A stretch of DNA of 63,933 nucleotides, the filler included, from Choristocarpus tenellus KU-1152 (Eukaryota > Protista > Phaeophyceae): the NCBI GenBank assembly GCA_964200185.2. It is 13 parts of 13 records of this genome, joined end to end, with 100 filler letters (N's around TTAATTAATTAA, not from the genome) between each part and the next. Parts side by side here need not be neighbours in the genome. Positions count along the whole stretch, not along the records: positions 46,366 to 49,803 come from CAXNAD020020027.1; positions 49,904 to 54,024 come from CAXNAD020016111.1; positions 54,125 to 61,209 come from CAXNAD020006733.1; positions 61,310 to 63,933 come from CAXNAD020026183.1; 9 more parts are not named here. The stretch is one strand, 5' to 3'. The notes under the pieces were generated by a model. That model did no database searches. It was not told where the DNA came from and saw nothing but the letters and a program-made list of their open reading frames with translations. Shown here in pieces: positions 48,926 to 61,752 of this stretch. A program made the translations under genes and the position numbers. Each line of letters begins with the position of its first letter. Position 1 is the stretch's first letter.

Positions 48926-49783
48926 AATAGCGGGGGTTCTGGGCTTCTCCTCTATGAAATACCACCACCATATGCGGCTTTCGTAGGATCACTGGTGGCT
49001 ACTCTCCCCACCCTCCTAGCAAGGCAGCAAGGGTCTCATGGCAAGTCCCTCTCACAAGGTATCTGTACGAGCCCTACAATACAGGCCTTAGGATTGTCCG
49101 TTCACACCCTCCTCTCTACAGGGGTTCCCTCAGAAGACCTTGCTGAAATCATTGGCCAAGACTGGGTAACCTTGGGGGGGAACAACACCCCCTGCACCTG
49201 CCCCAGAGGTACATATCCTAGCTGCCCATGACGCTGGGAGGGCTCAACATAAGATCACACGCCTCCTCAACAGGATTCGTTTTGACTCCTTCAGGACACA
49301 ACTGGCCGACCTTCCAAATGAGGCACACCAAGGGAGGGAAAGCTCTTCATTAGCCCTAGCGTGCCACCGGAGCCAGTGAGGACAAGGAGCAAACGCGTGG
49401 ACCACAACTCAACCTCTGGAACCAGTATGCCAGATCCCCCCTCTCTAGGATTCAAGCTCACAGTCAGCAGATCCCTAGGGAGAGAGGAGACCCTATCGAA
49501 CAGGTGCCCAGTGGCAGGGTGCAGGAGGAAAAATATCGATACCAGACATGCCCACACCTGCCCCAGGGCAGGGGGACAGGTACAACAGCACACTCCAATG
49601 GTTAGACGGCCTGCACCAACTATGCAAGGGGATGGGCATCCCTTGCACTACGGAGGATGGTAGCCCTTTCACAGTGGACAGGAATATCCGCATGGATCTG
49701 GTGTTCCACGCAGGGGCACTAGCGGGCGGCGGAACAGCTCCCTACAGGGACAAAGGTCTTCTGCTAGACGTCACCTTCGCAGA
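48926..49783 (+). mobile_element. CRE-like non-LTR retrotransposon 3' fragment (post-RT region, CCHC knuckle, restriction-like endonuclease), frameshifted
   Basis: GVLG..AAFVGS, then CPVAGC-x8-HAHTC, then E..RMDLV..LLLDVTFAE; interrupted by a family D terminus at 49784. Confidence 0.75.
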
Positions 49784-49937
49784 GACCCAAAGTATATGGG
49801 AGGNNNNNNNNNNNNNNNNNNNNNNNNNNNNNNNNNNNNNNNNNNNNTTAATTAATTAANNNNNNNNNNNNNNNNNNNNNNNNNNNNNNNNNNNNNNNNN
49901 NNNAAATAAAAAAAAAAAATATGTTTGTTCTTCCCCC

Positions 49938-49974
<37 letters not shown>

Positions 49975-50527
49975 AGATACTTTGACCCTAAAGTTTCTGA
50001 AGTATTATGAAGTCCCTTGATTCGTTCCGCAATGTCATTTTACGTTTCTTCCTCTTATTTTTCCTGAGAGGTTGTAACCCCAAGGTCTCAAATGATGTCA
50101 CCATCACGCCACGACAACGTAAAATCGTACACCATGGTGTAACAGTACGTACGGGTTGGCAGTTAGGTTAACAGTTAGCAGGCAGGGGCGCATAGCAGTA
50201 GATGGGTGCCTCTCTTCTGGACAGCCTGCCAACATGCCACAAGAGCAGGCTCCCAGGGTGCTTAGGACAGTCACATGTGGTAGAAATCTGAACCACCATG
50301 GGAAACTGTGGAACCAGTAATCCTCATGTCATTTTTTTTTCTGTGGGAAACGGTCGAATTGCAAGTAAACTTAATTTTTTTTTTCCAAGTACATCATTCC
50401 CATACCGCACTCACCATTTCACCCTGTACCTTACAATGGTTTTTGATATATTTGATGATAGAGGTTACTGTATTGTACCTTATATTTTTTTCAAATTTGT
50501 GTTGCTGTAGGATCCAACTTTAATCTC

Positions 50528-50528
<1 letters not shown>

Positions 50529-50558
<30 letters not shown>

Positions 50559-50612
50559 GTATATATATATGTATATATATATGTATATATATATGTATAT
50601 ATATATGTATAT
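50529..50612. repeat. TA-rich compound microsatellite (12-bp unit GTATATATATAT)
   Basis: Direct observation. Confidence 0.95.
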
Positions 50613-51797
50613 AAATAAAAAGACCTTTCCATACAGTACAGTGATTTTATTTTATTATTCATTACTGTACCAAAGTGTGAAATCCCTGCCGATACGAGCC
50701 TTGATACATACACACAGTATGTTCTTGGGATGTAGAAATCCGTGAGATTTTTCTGAGATAGGGGTAGCAAGAACTTCTTTGTTGTTTTACTGTGAAAGAG
50801 TACTGATCATCAGAGTAATACTTTTCATTTTGTGACAGGGCACCAGGACTTGGACTTGTCATGCACATCACTTCCTTGCTGGTTCTTGTATGTCTAGTGA
50901 TACGTGTAAAGCGAGTTCAAATCGCTCCCTGCCAAGAACCGTTGCTTGTCATGATGCCAATGAGGCACAACACACAAGATTTTTGTTGTACCAGACCACG
51001 ACATAGTGTACATTCTTAGTCGCAATAAATAGCCTGTAAATAAGAACTTACACACATATATGTATCCTTACATACACATACGCGCATTTATCCTTTGCAT
51101 GTTGCTCCTGCCAAGAATTGAATGCTGTTCAGATTTCCTTTATTGAAGAGTTCTCACTCTGCTCGTCAAAAGTTGAGCCTGCTCTTCATAGGATTCCGTC
51201 TCTATTGTTCAGTGTGTTCTGACTTTATTTCTTGATGTTTTTGTGTTCTGAAAAACATACTGTGTCTTTGGGAAATTTCTTGAGCGGCCCATTTATTTGT
51301 GTGCTGATTTTTTTGTTTACGCGGCTGGCCAATGAAATATATATAGATATAGATATATATATTTTTCTTGGTCAGGTCGGGACAAAACAAAATTAGGCAG
51401 GACTTGGACTGAGGGCTGGCCTGCGTAATGTGTATCTTTTTGATGGGGCCTAGCCAGGCCTTCAGAAAATATTAAAGGACCGAGGGTTTCCCCATGTTGG
51501 CCTGGCTAACTCGAGGTCTCGTGTAGAGCCTTGCCTGGTGAAACAGAGAGTTAAGCTGTTGTTGTCAAATTGAGAAGCTGCTATTGAATTCCTGTTTGAT
51601 TGTGACACTTTGTGCGATCGTGGTATATCAGAACAATAACCAGCACTTTTTTTTTTGTCTTCTTGAATATGGCAGTACAGTTTTGAATTCTTGTACCCAA
51701 TATGCTCTGTGTGGGTTGGGGGCAAGAGAACTGTGGCAAGATTGTACTGTACTCTTTTGAGGTCTTCGCACTAGCTTATTCCTTTTGCTCTCCTCAG

Positions 51798-51969
51798 TTC
51801 ACGTACGCATGGAGAGACATGTAGACACTCACCTGCACACGCTCCGCCCCACTCTGCTGAAGTTCCCAGGGCTGCAACGACTGGACCTTGCATGCGTGTC
51901 TCGAGCAAATGATGTGCTTTTGACGGGAATTGCACAGGCGGTGTCCCTTCGAGAGATCAACCTTTCTTG
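51798..51969 (+). CDS. Exon of a leucine-rich-repeat protein (FBXL/RNI-like)
   Basis: Polypyrimidine-CAG acceptor ending at 51797, GTGAGA donor at 51970; FPGLQRLDLACV..NDVLL..IA..SLREINLSW. Confidence 0.7.
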
Positions 51970-53070
51970 GTGAGAAGGGATGCGTTGAAACTTGGTGAAC
52001 AGTGACCCTAAATCATTCTTTCCTCTCTCTTTTTTTTATCATTCTTTTTTTTTCTTTCTAGTCGAATCCTCCCGGTTTATCGTGTCCTAAACCACCCCGC
52101 CCACACACCTTTTCATCCCTTTCTTGACACTGCCTATTTTAACGCTGTTGCCCNNNNNNNNNNTTCTTTCTAGTCGAATCCTCCCGGTTTATCGTGTCCT
52201 AACCCCCCCCCCCCCATAACGTTTTTTACCTTTTATTGAATTGGTAATTTGGAAGGTATGTGGTCTCTGAGAAACGTCTCTGAGAAACGTGGGCTTGGGC
52301 AGCATTAGGGTCATGGGCATGGTCTTTTTTTTTTCTTCTATCGTGTACGTTTGAAGTGTGGAGATTATTATTATTTTATTATTATTGTTGTGACCAGTTT
52401 CCCTAGCTGACTGCCAGCAAATTTTATCAGTGTCTCACATTCATGGTCTATTCTATTCAGATGACCAGTTCCTACTCGGCAAACCTTTGAACCCACAACA
52501 CATACCACAAACTGAAAACTCTTGTACTGCTTCCATTTTTGACAACTCCGTTACTTACACCCCCGGTAGGAACCACTCCAGGACCACAGCTGAGAAATTT
52601 CTGTACAGTGGTATAGTTCCGATAATGTTCCTGACAGGGTTCCTGGAATGTTCTTGAGTTGTTTTTAATTTTGAAGTGGATACGTAAGGCCCTGTTGAAT
52701 GGAGCACTTCACATGCGGTTCATGTTCAGGGCTTTCCATCAGACCGGGCTATTGTGAAGGGACCAGTTCGCGGGCTGGACCAGTTCCAATATTTTCTGAC
52801 ATGTCTGGACCAGGGCTGTCAGAGATTGTAGCTGGACCAAGCTGCGGGCTGGCCCATGGTCATGTTGAAACATGGGTGGCACAATACTGACACCCGGTCT
52901 GATCTTGATTAGTCCCGTCTCGATGATGGGTAAGAAAATTGCTTGAAAAAATGGGGTACTGAGTAAAAAGCATGATTATTCCCACATGTATTTGGGATTG
53001 TTTGCGGCATATTCTGATCAAGTGGGGCCGACCCATCTTGACTGGGCTGATCCGATGAACATACTAAAAT

Positions 53071-53326
53071 ACTACTCTTGGAGTAGTATTATCCATTATG
53101 GTGAACTACTCTTGGAGTATTGTTATCCATTGCGGTGAACTACTCTTGGAGTATTGTTATCCATTATGGTGAACTACTCTTGGAGTATTGTTATCCATTA
53201 CGGTGAACTACTCTTGGAGTAGTATTATCCATTACGGTGAACTACTCTTGGAGTATTGTTATACATTATGGTGAACTACTCTTGGAGTATTGTTATACAT
53301 TACGGTGAACTACTCTTGGAGTATTT
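53071..53326. repeat. Minisatellite, 34-bp unit, about 7.5 copies, each with a hairpin core
   Basis: Unit ACTACTCTTGGAGTA(G/T)T(A/G)TTAT(C/A)CATTA(C/T)GGTGA starting at 53071, 53105, 53139, 53173, 53207, 53241, 53275 and 53309. Confidence 0.95.
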
Positions 53327-54468
53327 TGACACAGCAGGGCCGTGGGTCGATCTGGTACCAATATGTTCTAACAGAGCCGGTTCATGACTGTCAGCTGTTT
53401 AGTTGTAGTTGGACCACAGGTTGGTCCAGAACCTGTATGTTCTGGTGAGGCTGGACCATGGTCATTAATTGTTTCAATACATCTGGGCTACTGGCCAGCC
53501 TGCAGCTATGGCCCTGGAATTGGCCATGCTAGCTGCTTGGACTAACGAGAAGCCCAGTTTATTTTGATGATATGTGGATATATTACGTATCACCTTGGAA
53601 TTTTGATTCACTTTTGTGGTATGTCCAAAGTCGTCACGTTTTTTTATTTTATGGAAAGTCCAGTCTTTTCATCTTGCCTAGAAGAAACCTAAACGTGCTT
53701 TGTTAAGTAATGTTTTACGACATGTTGAACATGAGTGCTGTGAATGAGATAATGTTGTTTTCAAAGTCAGGAATACCTACGTCATTATTTTCCTGTAGGT
53801 TTCTGGGATAGAAGAAGGCAGATGATCGTATCAGTGAAAGCCACATTTTGTACTCAGCATGTCGTGAAGAGTTAAATGTGAAAAATATATATTTTTTACA
53901 TAGGGGGGGGAGGGGAATGGTACACAATAGCTTTGCACCAAGTTTCTCATGTATTGCAGGGGTTGTAGAGCTATTTTAGAGGGCATGCATTTTGTGAGGG
54001 CCAATCGCCAGCTCCTCCCCCCCCNNNNNNNNNNNNNNNNNNNNNNNNNNNNNNNNNNNNNNNNNNNNTTAATTAATTAANNNNNNNNNNNNNNNNNNNN
54101 NNNNNNNNNNNNNNNNNNNNNNNNGTGTTGAGGTTATAACTACGAGAATCAAAGGAGCCCTTGTAGTGGGTGCGCTCTATATATAGATGTGGAGAAACTG
54201 TATCAACGGTAGAAAGTCATAACGATGATGGTTACCAAACCTCTCCTATATTCTGTTGATGAAGATACTCTTAGTTTTGGATTCCCACATCTAAACACCT
54301 CATAAATTCGTTCATCAGTAGATGGCCGATATAAGAATGGTCTGTGTTCGAAATTGGTTACGATGAATAAAATAAACTGTTTCTTACTTTAGTATAATAG
54401 TAGTTCTTGATGCTTGTATTCAAAGTTTAATGTAAGTGCAGTTGGTTGTACGATATTTCCTATTATGT

Positions 54469-54525
54469 TTATTATTATGCCCTCTGACATTTTGCAGATG
54501 TGCCAATGAAAACTATACATATGTC
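54469..54525 (+). repeat. Family E repeat (partial)
   Basis: TATTATTATGCCCTCTGACATTTTGCAGATGTG..CCAATGAAAACTATACATATGTC. Confidence 0.7.
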
Positions 54526-55004
54526 GTTGTTTCCTATTATTATTGATGGGTGTTGGGTGTATAGTTATATTTATATTTTGTCTTTCACTTTTTATGGGAC
54601 AAGTTGGATTTTAGTTTTCAGAGAACCATGGATATCGACCCAAAAACAATTTCTACATTTCTAGTTTTCTGCAGAATTATTTCGTGTCAAAGAAGTATAG
54701 TTTCTAAAAGATCAAAAGAACTGTTTCATTTAAAAATTGAGGTTAGAAAGTATTTAAAAGAGAACAACCCAACATGAAAAAAATGTGAAGGTTCTGTCTA
54801 CTCCATACTCTCTACTACCTCGATCGTGTTTGGCACTCAGAGGTTGCTCCCTCTGTGAAGAAGTTGGTGGGCATTGACATTTGCTCCGACATCTGGGCCG
54901 TGAATAGATACAATAGTTCTTCACTTTCTTTCTCTTGTTGTTCGTGTGTAGGGAAAATAGGTACTAATCTGGACCACCAGTCTAGGAGCAAACAGTAGAA
55001 GGAC

Positions 55005-56690
55005 ATGGGGTTGGAAAGGAAGAGGTGTACTCTTCGTCTCGGCCTCAGTTTTCAAGATGGTAAGGTTCATCCTTAACAGCTTTTCCTGCACTTACTTGTG
55101 AAAAGTCTTCGATTTTTCGTGTGACAACATGGACATGCGCTGTCTGTACTGTGTATGTTTCTGAGTTGTCGTGCTATCTTTCTGACCTCGACCTCGACCC
55201 CCACGACAGGACGACCGGCAAGACATCCTTTTGAAAGTCATGCCATCGTCGAAAGAGTTCTTTCGTTCGCTAGTCCTGACTGCTTCTTATTTTTGGCGGG
55301 GGTGTGCCGATTGTGGAGGGATACATGGGCTGGAAAGGAGCCAAACACTTTGCTGTGTGAGATGGTGATGAGTCCCTCTCGTCTCAAGTGGGCCGGCGAT
55401 TGCGGTTTTTACTTCGGAGAGTCAGCCTGTTGGGCGTCTGCAAGGGGAGGTCATTTCGAATCCCTCTTATACCTCAAGATGAATGATTGCCCCTGGGATG
55501 CAAGCACGTGTTCTGCGGCAGCTGAAGGAGGGCACCTCGACATCCTCAAGTGGGTCAAGGCCAAGGGTTGCCCTTGGGACACAGATACTTGTGCATCTGC
55601 TGCCGAAAGTGGGCGACTAGACATATTAATGTGGGCTAGGTCGAAAGGATGTGACTGGGATGAATCTACCTGCTCCTTCGCGGCTTATGGTGGGCATCTG
55701 GACGTCCTAAGGCATGCCAAGGCAATGGGGTGTCCGTGGGATGAGTCGACTTGCCAACTCGCAGCTGAAGGGGGGCACCTGAACATCTTGAAGTGGGCCA
55801 AAGAGTGGATGGATTGCCCATGGGATTCTTCAACCTGCTCTAGTGCTGCGGAAAAAGGACATTTCCATATTTTAAAATGGGCTAGGGCTAATGGCTGCCC
55901 TTGGGGTCCTTGCACCTGCGAGGCTGCTGCAAGGTCAGGAAACCTGGAGATACTAGTATGGGCTAGGGCTAATGGGTGCCCGTGGGACGAAACAGTCTGT
56001 GACAATTATAACGGGAACCTGGAAATCCTGCAGTGGGCTAAGGCGCAGGGCTGCCCTTGGACTAGTGAGACCTGCTTGGTCGCTGCTCAATATGGGCATG
56101 TTGATGTGTTGGAGTGGGCGGTGGCCAGGGGCTGCCGTATTGACTGGTTTCGAGTCAGTTGTGAGGCTGCAGAAAATGGTCAACTAGAGGTCTTGGAGTG
56201 GATCATGGTGGGGGGCCTTCAAATGGGGGTGGATGAGAAATGGGAGCAGTTGGCTACCCTGGCGGCCTCAGAGGGCCATCTTGAAGTGGTGAGGTGGGCT
56301 TGGGACAACAAGCTTCCTTTTTGGAAATCTCGTGTATTACAGTGTGCTGCGGAAAATGGCCACGTCAAAATTTTGCAATGGTCACGCAAAGTTGGAATAG
56401 CTTGGGATGCTCAACTCTTAAAGGCAGCAGCAAAGAATGAGCAGATGACGACATTGATGTACATTAAGCGAGCAGAGGGGCTTAGCGATGAAGAGTTCTG
56501 GTCGAACTGTCTGTGGGATTCAGTTATTGACTCGGTGTGTGAGTTTGCGGTGAGAGAGGGACGACTGGACTTGCTGAAGAGGGCATTTTTCCACCGCACA
56601 CTGCCAATAGACCGCCTCCGTAAGCTGGCGAAGGCTATTGGGGCACCAAGGGTGAAAGTATGGCTAGAGTGTTTGGATGCCATTGTTTGA
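55005..56690 (+). CDS. F-box-like plus ankyrin-like (GCPWD) repeat protein; exon 1 55005-55059, exon 2 55210-56690
   Basis: 511-codon ORF with eight clear repeats of about 27 aa (GCPWDxxTCxxAAxxGHLxILKWA) plus degenerate ones, and N-terminal VERVLSF..FLAGVCRLWR. An upstream ATG exon ends at GTAAGG (55060) and joins the CAG acceptor (ending 55209) in matching phase 1. Confidence 0.85.
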
Positions 56691-59600
56691 AGCTTACTAC
56701 GGTATCTTGTTTGTTCAAATTTCTTTTCCACAAGCTAGGGAGGGTGAAGAATTCAATCGTCATGTCTGGTGTATCTTACCTATCATCACTTTGCGACTAC
56801 GGTGCATGTACTGAGGTGCTGTGAGATTTAGAGGCAACCATGCATTACACTTTTTCTCTCACCAAAACGTACTCAGATGCCTCAAACATGGGATCACGAC
56901 TTTCCCCAAGACGTTGACGTTTTCACTTACTCCCTGATCCATGTTGGGATATTGTGGTTTCTGTGTTGTTTGTTGTGTAAATCTATGGTCAGAGCTTTGC
57001 AGTCCATCATTAGTCACCGCCACCACAGTAATATGAAGAACAACAGCAATGTGACAAACACAAGCGGACTCTCTGGTCGGGGGCTCTACTGTAGTGTTTA
57101 GACCTAATGTAGTTGAACGCCCACACCCACCTTTACAAAGAAATGAGCCTGTACGAAATACACGGTCTATCCACGGGCATGGACAGGAAGCAATTGGATG
57201 TATTATCAAGAATATCAAGTACCATGCACATCCCCCGTTTGCATGTATCTCCAGTCGAAACCTTGAACTGACATGAATCAATCTGCATAGAGACCTTTTC
57301 TTCTAGAGGAAGCGTCAATTTGTGGTATTTGTAGAATGCCATGGTTCACTGAGGCAAATTGGAACCCTTCGTGATCCAAAATGCTACCTTTTCCATTGTT
57401 ACTTTGATGTACTGTGTTATCGTCTTTCCAGCACCAAGTATCTTTCCCCCACACCATACCTTCACCACGATCGGATTTTCTTGAGACTCCCAGAGTCAAA
57501 CATGAGACGCTGCTGGCAAGATGGAGAGTGGTTCTTTTATAAAGAGATTGCCCTTTGTTGCAAGAGGACCGATACGTCAATGTGATACTGAGGGTTGAAC
57601 TTGTGATGCCACCCGTAGATCCACCACTACTCCGGGGTCAATACATGATACAGGCAACAAAACATGTAGTTATTACGCAATGCATTATTTGATGAAACTG
57701 CTCTGAGTAAGATGTCTCATATGTCAGGGTGAAACTAAGAGTTGAAATCATCGCGACACCGCCAGCAGATGCCATTCCTGCTCTTCTTAAAGTCTTTAGT
57801 CGGCATCAGGATAGTTCAGAGCCCTGCAAGATACTAACTGTGTCCCAACAAACCTCGAGCCCAAACATATGTACAAAAAAATGGGGTGCACCAAGTCCAA
57901 CAGGCATTGTGAGATGAGGCAACACAAGAAAACATGTTTAAAACTTAGAAAGGAGAGCGATTCGCAACAGAAGAGTGCTTATAAAGTGCCCCTCACCTAC
58001 CACCACGGCTGCTTCACTGTGAGTGAATTAGGCGCCCCAGCTGGTACCTATCTAATACAGTGTGCACCGAGTACAGTGGCAATCACTCATTGCCAATCTA
58101 TCGTGTTAACAATTTATCAACCTGGCGGGACCTATGTTCTCTCCAATTGCAAGTGCATGCACGGATCGTAACAAGATTAGTGACCAGCCGCCCATGAACC
58201 GGCTAGACAAGAGTGCACACTTCAAAAGAGTCAAAGCAACTGAGAGGTAGGCAGGGTTACATTTTAGGAGTCCCTAGAAAGGGCTAGAAGCTGACAATTA
58301 TTACAACTGTAGAAAGAGCCTTTGATGGATTGTGATGTCACTTTGTGTGTGGTAAGGGTGGATAACGATTTTTCGTACAATGTTGTGCACATAAAAGCAA
58401 TGGAATAGAGTGTATTGAACAGGGTAAGAAAGACGGCTTAGAATGCAAAAGGGTTCAAACCTGCCTCCTCTCGCAATTGGTTTGAGTCAAATATAAGATC
58501 TGCATGCTGGTATGGTAGAGAGCAGTGTTGCCACATCTGCCACACCACTATCTCATCATAACCAGCAACATTATGATGCACAAGACAGTGTAGGGTTAGG
58601 TCAAAGACAGGGTTTGAAAATGATGGGGGGGAATGCAATCAGTGGAATGAAACCATGCACACGACAACAGGACATCCATCTATTTGTGGACTTGTGCACT
58701 TATGCATCCACATATATGAAGCCTTATGTCTGTGTAGTGTATACACTGCTACATAGTATATACCAGCAACTAGCATATATGTCCACATAGATACATGCCC
58801 ACACACCAATATTGATTTGGTTGTGAGCATATCAATTCTAGCATAGGCACACACAAACAACACAGCAGTGTCAGGAAAGCTACCTGCCAGGATTTGAGTC
58901 CATGACCCTCCTGGTTTCGTCAAGAGGATTGCGCTATACCATCAAGGCAATATTGGAAAAATTTTAAACAACCACACACACACACACACGTTCTTCCACA
59001 AGGCTACGTTCACTGCAATTTGCCTCAAAGAACAAGGCATACAATAAGTAAAATACAGGAGATTCATTTGCATAAAGCAAAGATCATTACCCCCAGAAGA
59101 GAACGATCTACCTGATACATAGGAGAGGGTCAAAAGGGACGAGGGTATTTATTGCAGAGGGAAACTCATACAATAATACTTAATGAACTTAGGAAATGCG
59201 ATTGCGCCCTTTGGCCCACCCTCCTCTCTCGTTATGTGAAAAAAAAAGACAGGATGTGAGAGGAGCGAACAAATAAAAATGTTCCCCACTCTCTCTGGCG
59301 TACAGTCAGTTTTCTGCTTTTCTTTATCTTTTGTTATAATTGCAAGCAAAAAGAGGCCACAAAACACCAAGATCACAGATATACACCTAAACTCACATCA
59401 CTGCTTGCACTGCACTTTCAATGCAACGGCATGGGCAAAAAAAAAAGCAAGCCAACAAACACACACACGATCGAACAGGAACATCTCTGCTCTAAGCAAG
59501 AGACCAAAGGTGCTGCCTCTTGCACAAGTATTGACAACGACCACAATGTCAAAGCAACAGTGAGCTCCAAACTCTGCTTAATCAAATCACACCAAGAGAA

Positions 59601-60377
59601 GGATCTGGAAGGTTATCAAACAGAAACTGCGTAAAGGTACCACAAAATACATAACACAACACTGCCCTGAAATAGAGCCAGTGAGGGGGAGTTGGTGTGC
59701 AGAGGTTGGGTCGGCATGGAAAAAGTGACAGGGCTTCAATACTAAAAAAAACTCACTAAACAATCATCATTGGGGGGAGCCTCTTGATTGTTTATGCTGC
59801 AAGCATTACCCTAACAAAATGATACGTTGATGGGGAAAGTATTTTCAGAGAGTCCGCATGACCTCAACCCACACCCATTACCTGCTTCATTATGACACAC
59901 GCCTCTCCCCTTGAGAAAGGTCTTGACCTGTACTACTTTTTGGTAATCTGTACATTCAAGTGGCATCCACCAAAACATCTACACAACTCCTAATTCTTGT
60001 TGCTATAAGGCTCAAGACCTCAGCCCCTCTTGTCACACACACACACACTACATTGTCTTCAATCCTCTCTCCAAAATTTAATCTCCAAAAAATCTCAACA
60101 TCACACACGCATACATATACAGCCTATCTGCACCAACATAAAACCTGTCTAACCAGTTGAGCATCTTTTTGTCTACCTCTGTAAAAAAGCAAGCATATTT
60201 GACAAGGACTCTCGCCATTACAGTCAGGAAAACACAACAATATGTACGCAATCATTCTACCACACACACATCCTGCCCACCCCCACTTTACTTCATGGAA
60301 CCATCTAAAGTAGTCCGTCAAACTTATCAGTCCACCTCAGCAGAACACATACACCAAGTAAATAATTACTCTTGACT

Positions 60378-60875
60378 TCACATGCCAAATAACTTGTGCC
60401 TATCACAGTGGGTTGACCTGTCTGTTCCCGCCACCCTATATTTTGGCTCAGACCCACATCCCTCAATTATGCAACCCACAACTGGGTTGCCAACCCCCCC
60501 CCCTGCCCCAGACCCTCCTTCCCCAGGCAATGGACAATGCACCAACACCGCCCTCTCGCCCTTTTCCACTCCACCTCCAAAAGCAGCCCCAGTGGGAACC
60601 TGACCCTGCATCACTGGCATAAACGAAGTACCACCTGCTGCAGCCTGAGTCCAGAGGCGGTTCAGTCCAGCCAAGTCCACCACTTGCCCGTAAGGGACTG
60701 GGGGGTGGGCATACAGAGAATGGAGGGCAGGTGGTGACAAGGAGAGACGCGTGAAAGATGAAGTTGACATAGCTACTCTCCCCACTCCTCCCCCTCCATC
60801 CCTTCCCCTCCCCAACCCCCTCCCTTCACCTTGTCCCTCTTTTGCACTATTGCTGTTGTTGCCAAAATTTTGATG
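60378..60875 (-). CDS. Exon of an EsV-1-7 cysteine-rich motif protein (Gly/Pro-rich N-terminal part; further coding sequence likely at about 60980-61205)
   Basis: CIIEGCGSEPKYRVAGTDRSTHCDRHKLFGM fits the EsV-1-7 pattern C-x4-C-x16-C-x2-H..GM. Confidence 0.7.
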   Translation of the reverse strand, partial: HQNFGNNSNSAKEGQGEGRGLGRGRDGGGGVGRVAMSTSSFTRLSLSPPALHSLYAHPPVPYGQVVDLAGLNRLWTQAAAGGTSFMPVMQGQVPTGAAFGGGVEKGERAVLVHCPLPGEGGSGAGGGVGNPVVGCIIEGCGSEPKYRVAGTDRSTHCDRHKLFGM

Positions 60876-61493
60876 CTGCTACAGACTGTACCTCTACTTC
60901 CTCTGCCACTCACATCATTTATTCCCCTAGAAACATCCTTGTCCAGGAATCGCAGATGATAATGCATCTACAGAATCACCTGAAGGAGAAGGTGAAGCAG
61001 CAACCGTCACTGCCTTTGACATCATTCCTGCGGTTGCCCCTCCACTTAATGCCATTGCTGGAGAAGTAGAGGTCACCACAGACTCCACCGGTGATGACGG
61101 TACAGGCACCATTCCGGTCATGGATGGGTGGGGTAACCACCCCCCCCCACACCCCCGGGTTGGGAGGGGGGACCCCAACCGCCCCCAACCCTAGCCCCGG
61201 CGCCCCATCNNNNNNNNNNNNNNNNNNNNNNNNNNNNNNNNNNNNNNNNNNNNTTAATTAATTAANNNNNNNNNNNNNNNNNNNNNNNNNNNNNNNNNNN
61301 NNNNNNNNNATGCATGCCCCCCCCCACTCACAATAATCGGCTTCTATTTGCCACTGGCGACAGACTCCCCCCTCCCGCCCCTTGCCAACCCATACACTAT
61401 ACAGGCAATGGATATCGTTAACCCATTATGTCACATCCGTGCCTTCCCTTCACGTCAACACCACGCACGACATGATAATCGCACGTACGCACT

Positions 61494-61752
61494 GAGTCAA
61501 AGTATCTTGGAGGGTAGAGGCGCATCCATTTGGGGGCCAAAACCCAATGCTGTGGTTTTAATGCGATGTTGGCCATCGTGTTTCTTAGGAAGTGTCAATA
61601 TCCATGTTCTGGATACAACTTTTCATAACGTATACATTTTACTTACTCCGAAACGTTTTGGAGTATGAAAATGTCATTAAGAAACCCATGGGAAGCCAAG
61701 CCCCAAATGGACAAACAAGGCAAAACCGGTACCCTCTAAGATACTTTCACTC
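61494..61752 (-). mobile_element. MITE family C
   Basis: GAGTCAAAGTATCTTGGAGGGTA...TACCCTCTAAGATACTTTCACTC. Confidence 0.85.

Noticed and set aside
52033-52202. Direct repeat TTCTTTCTAGTCGAATCCTCCCGGTTTATCGTGTCCTAA
   Set aside because: The copies flank a 10-N gap; most likely overlapping contig ends.
53071-53326. CRISPR-like array (palindromic repeats at fixed period)
   Set aside because: The intervening sequences are near-identical rather than unique spacers, there are no cas genes, and the context is eukaryotic.
43326-56690. Endogenous virus or multi-gene system linking Gypsy, CRE, ankyrin and neighbouring genes
   Set aside because: These lie on different contigs joined artificially, and no viral core genes (capsid, PolB, packaging ATPase) were seen.
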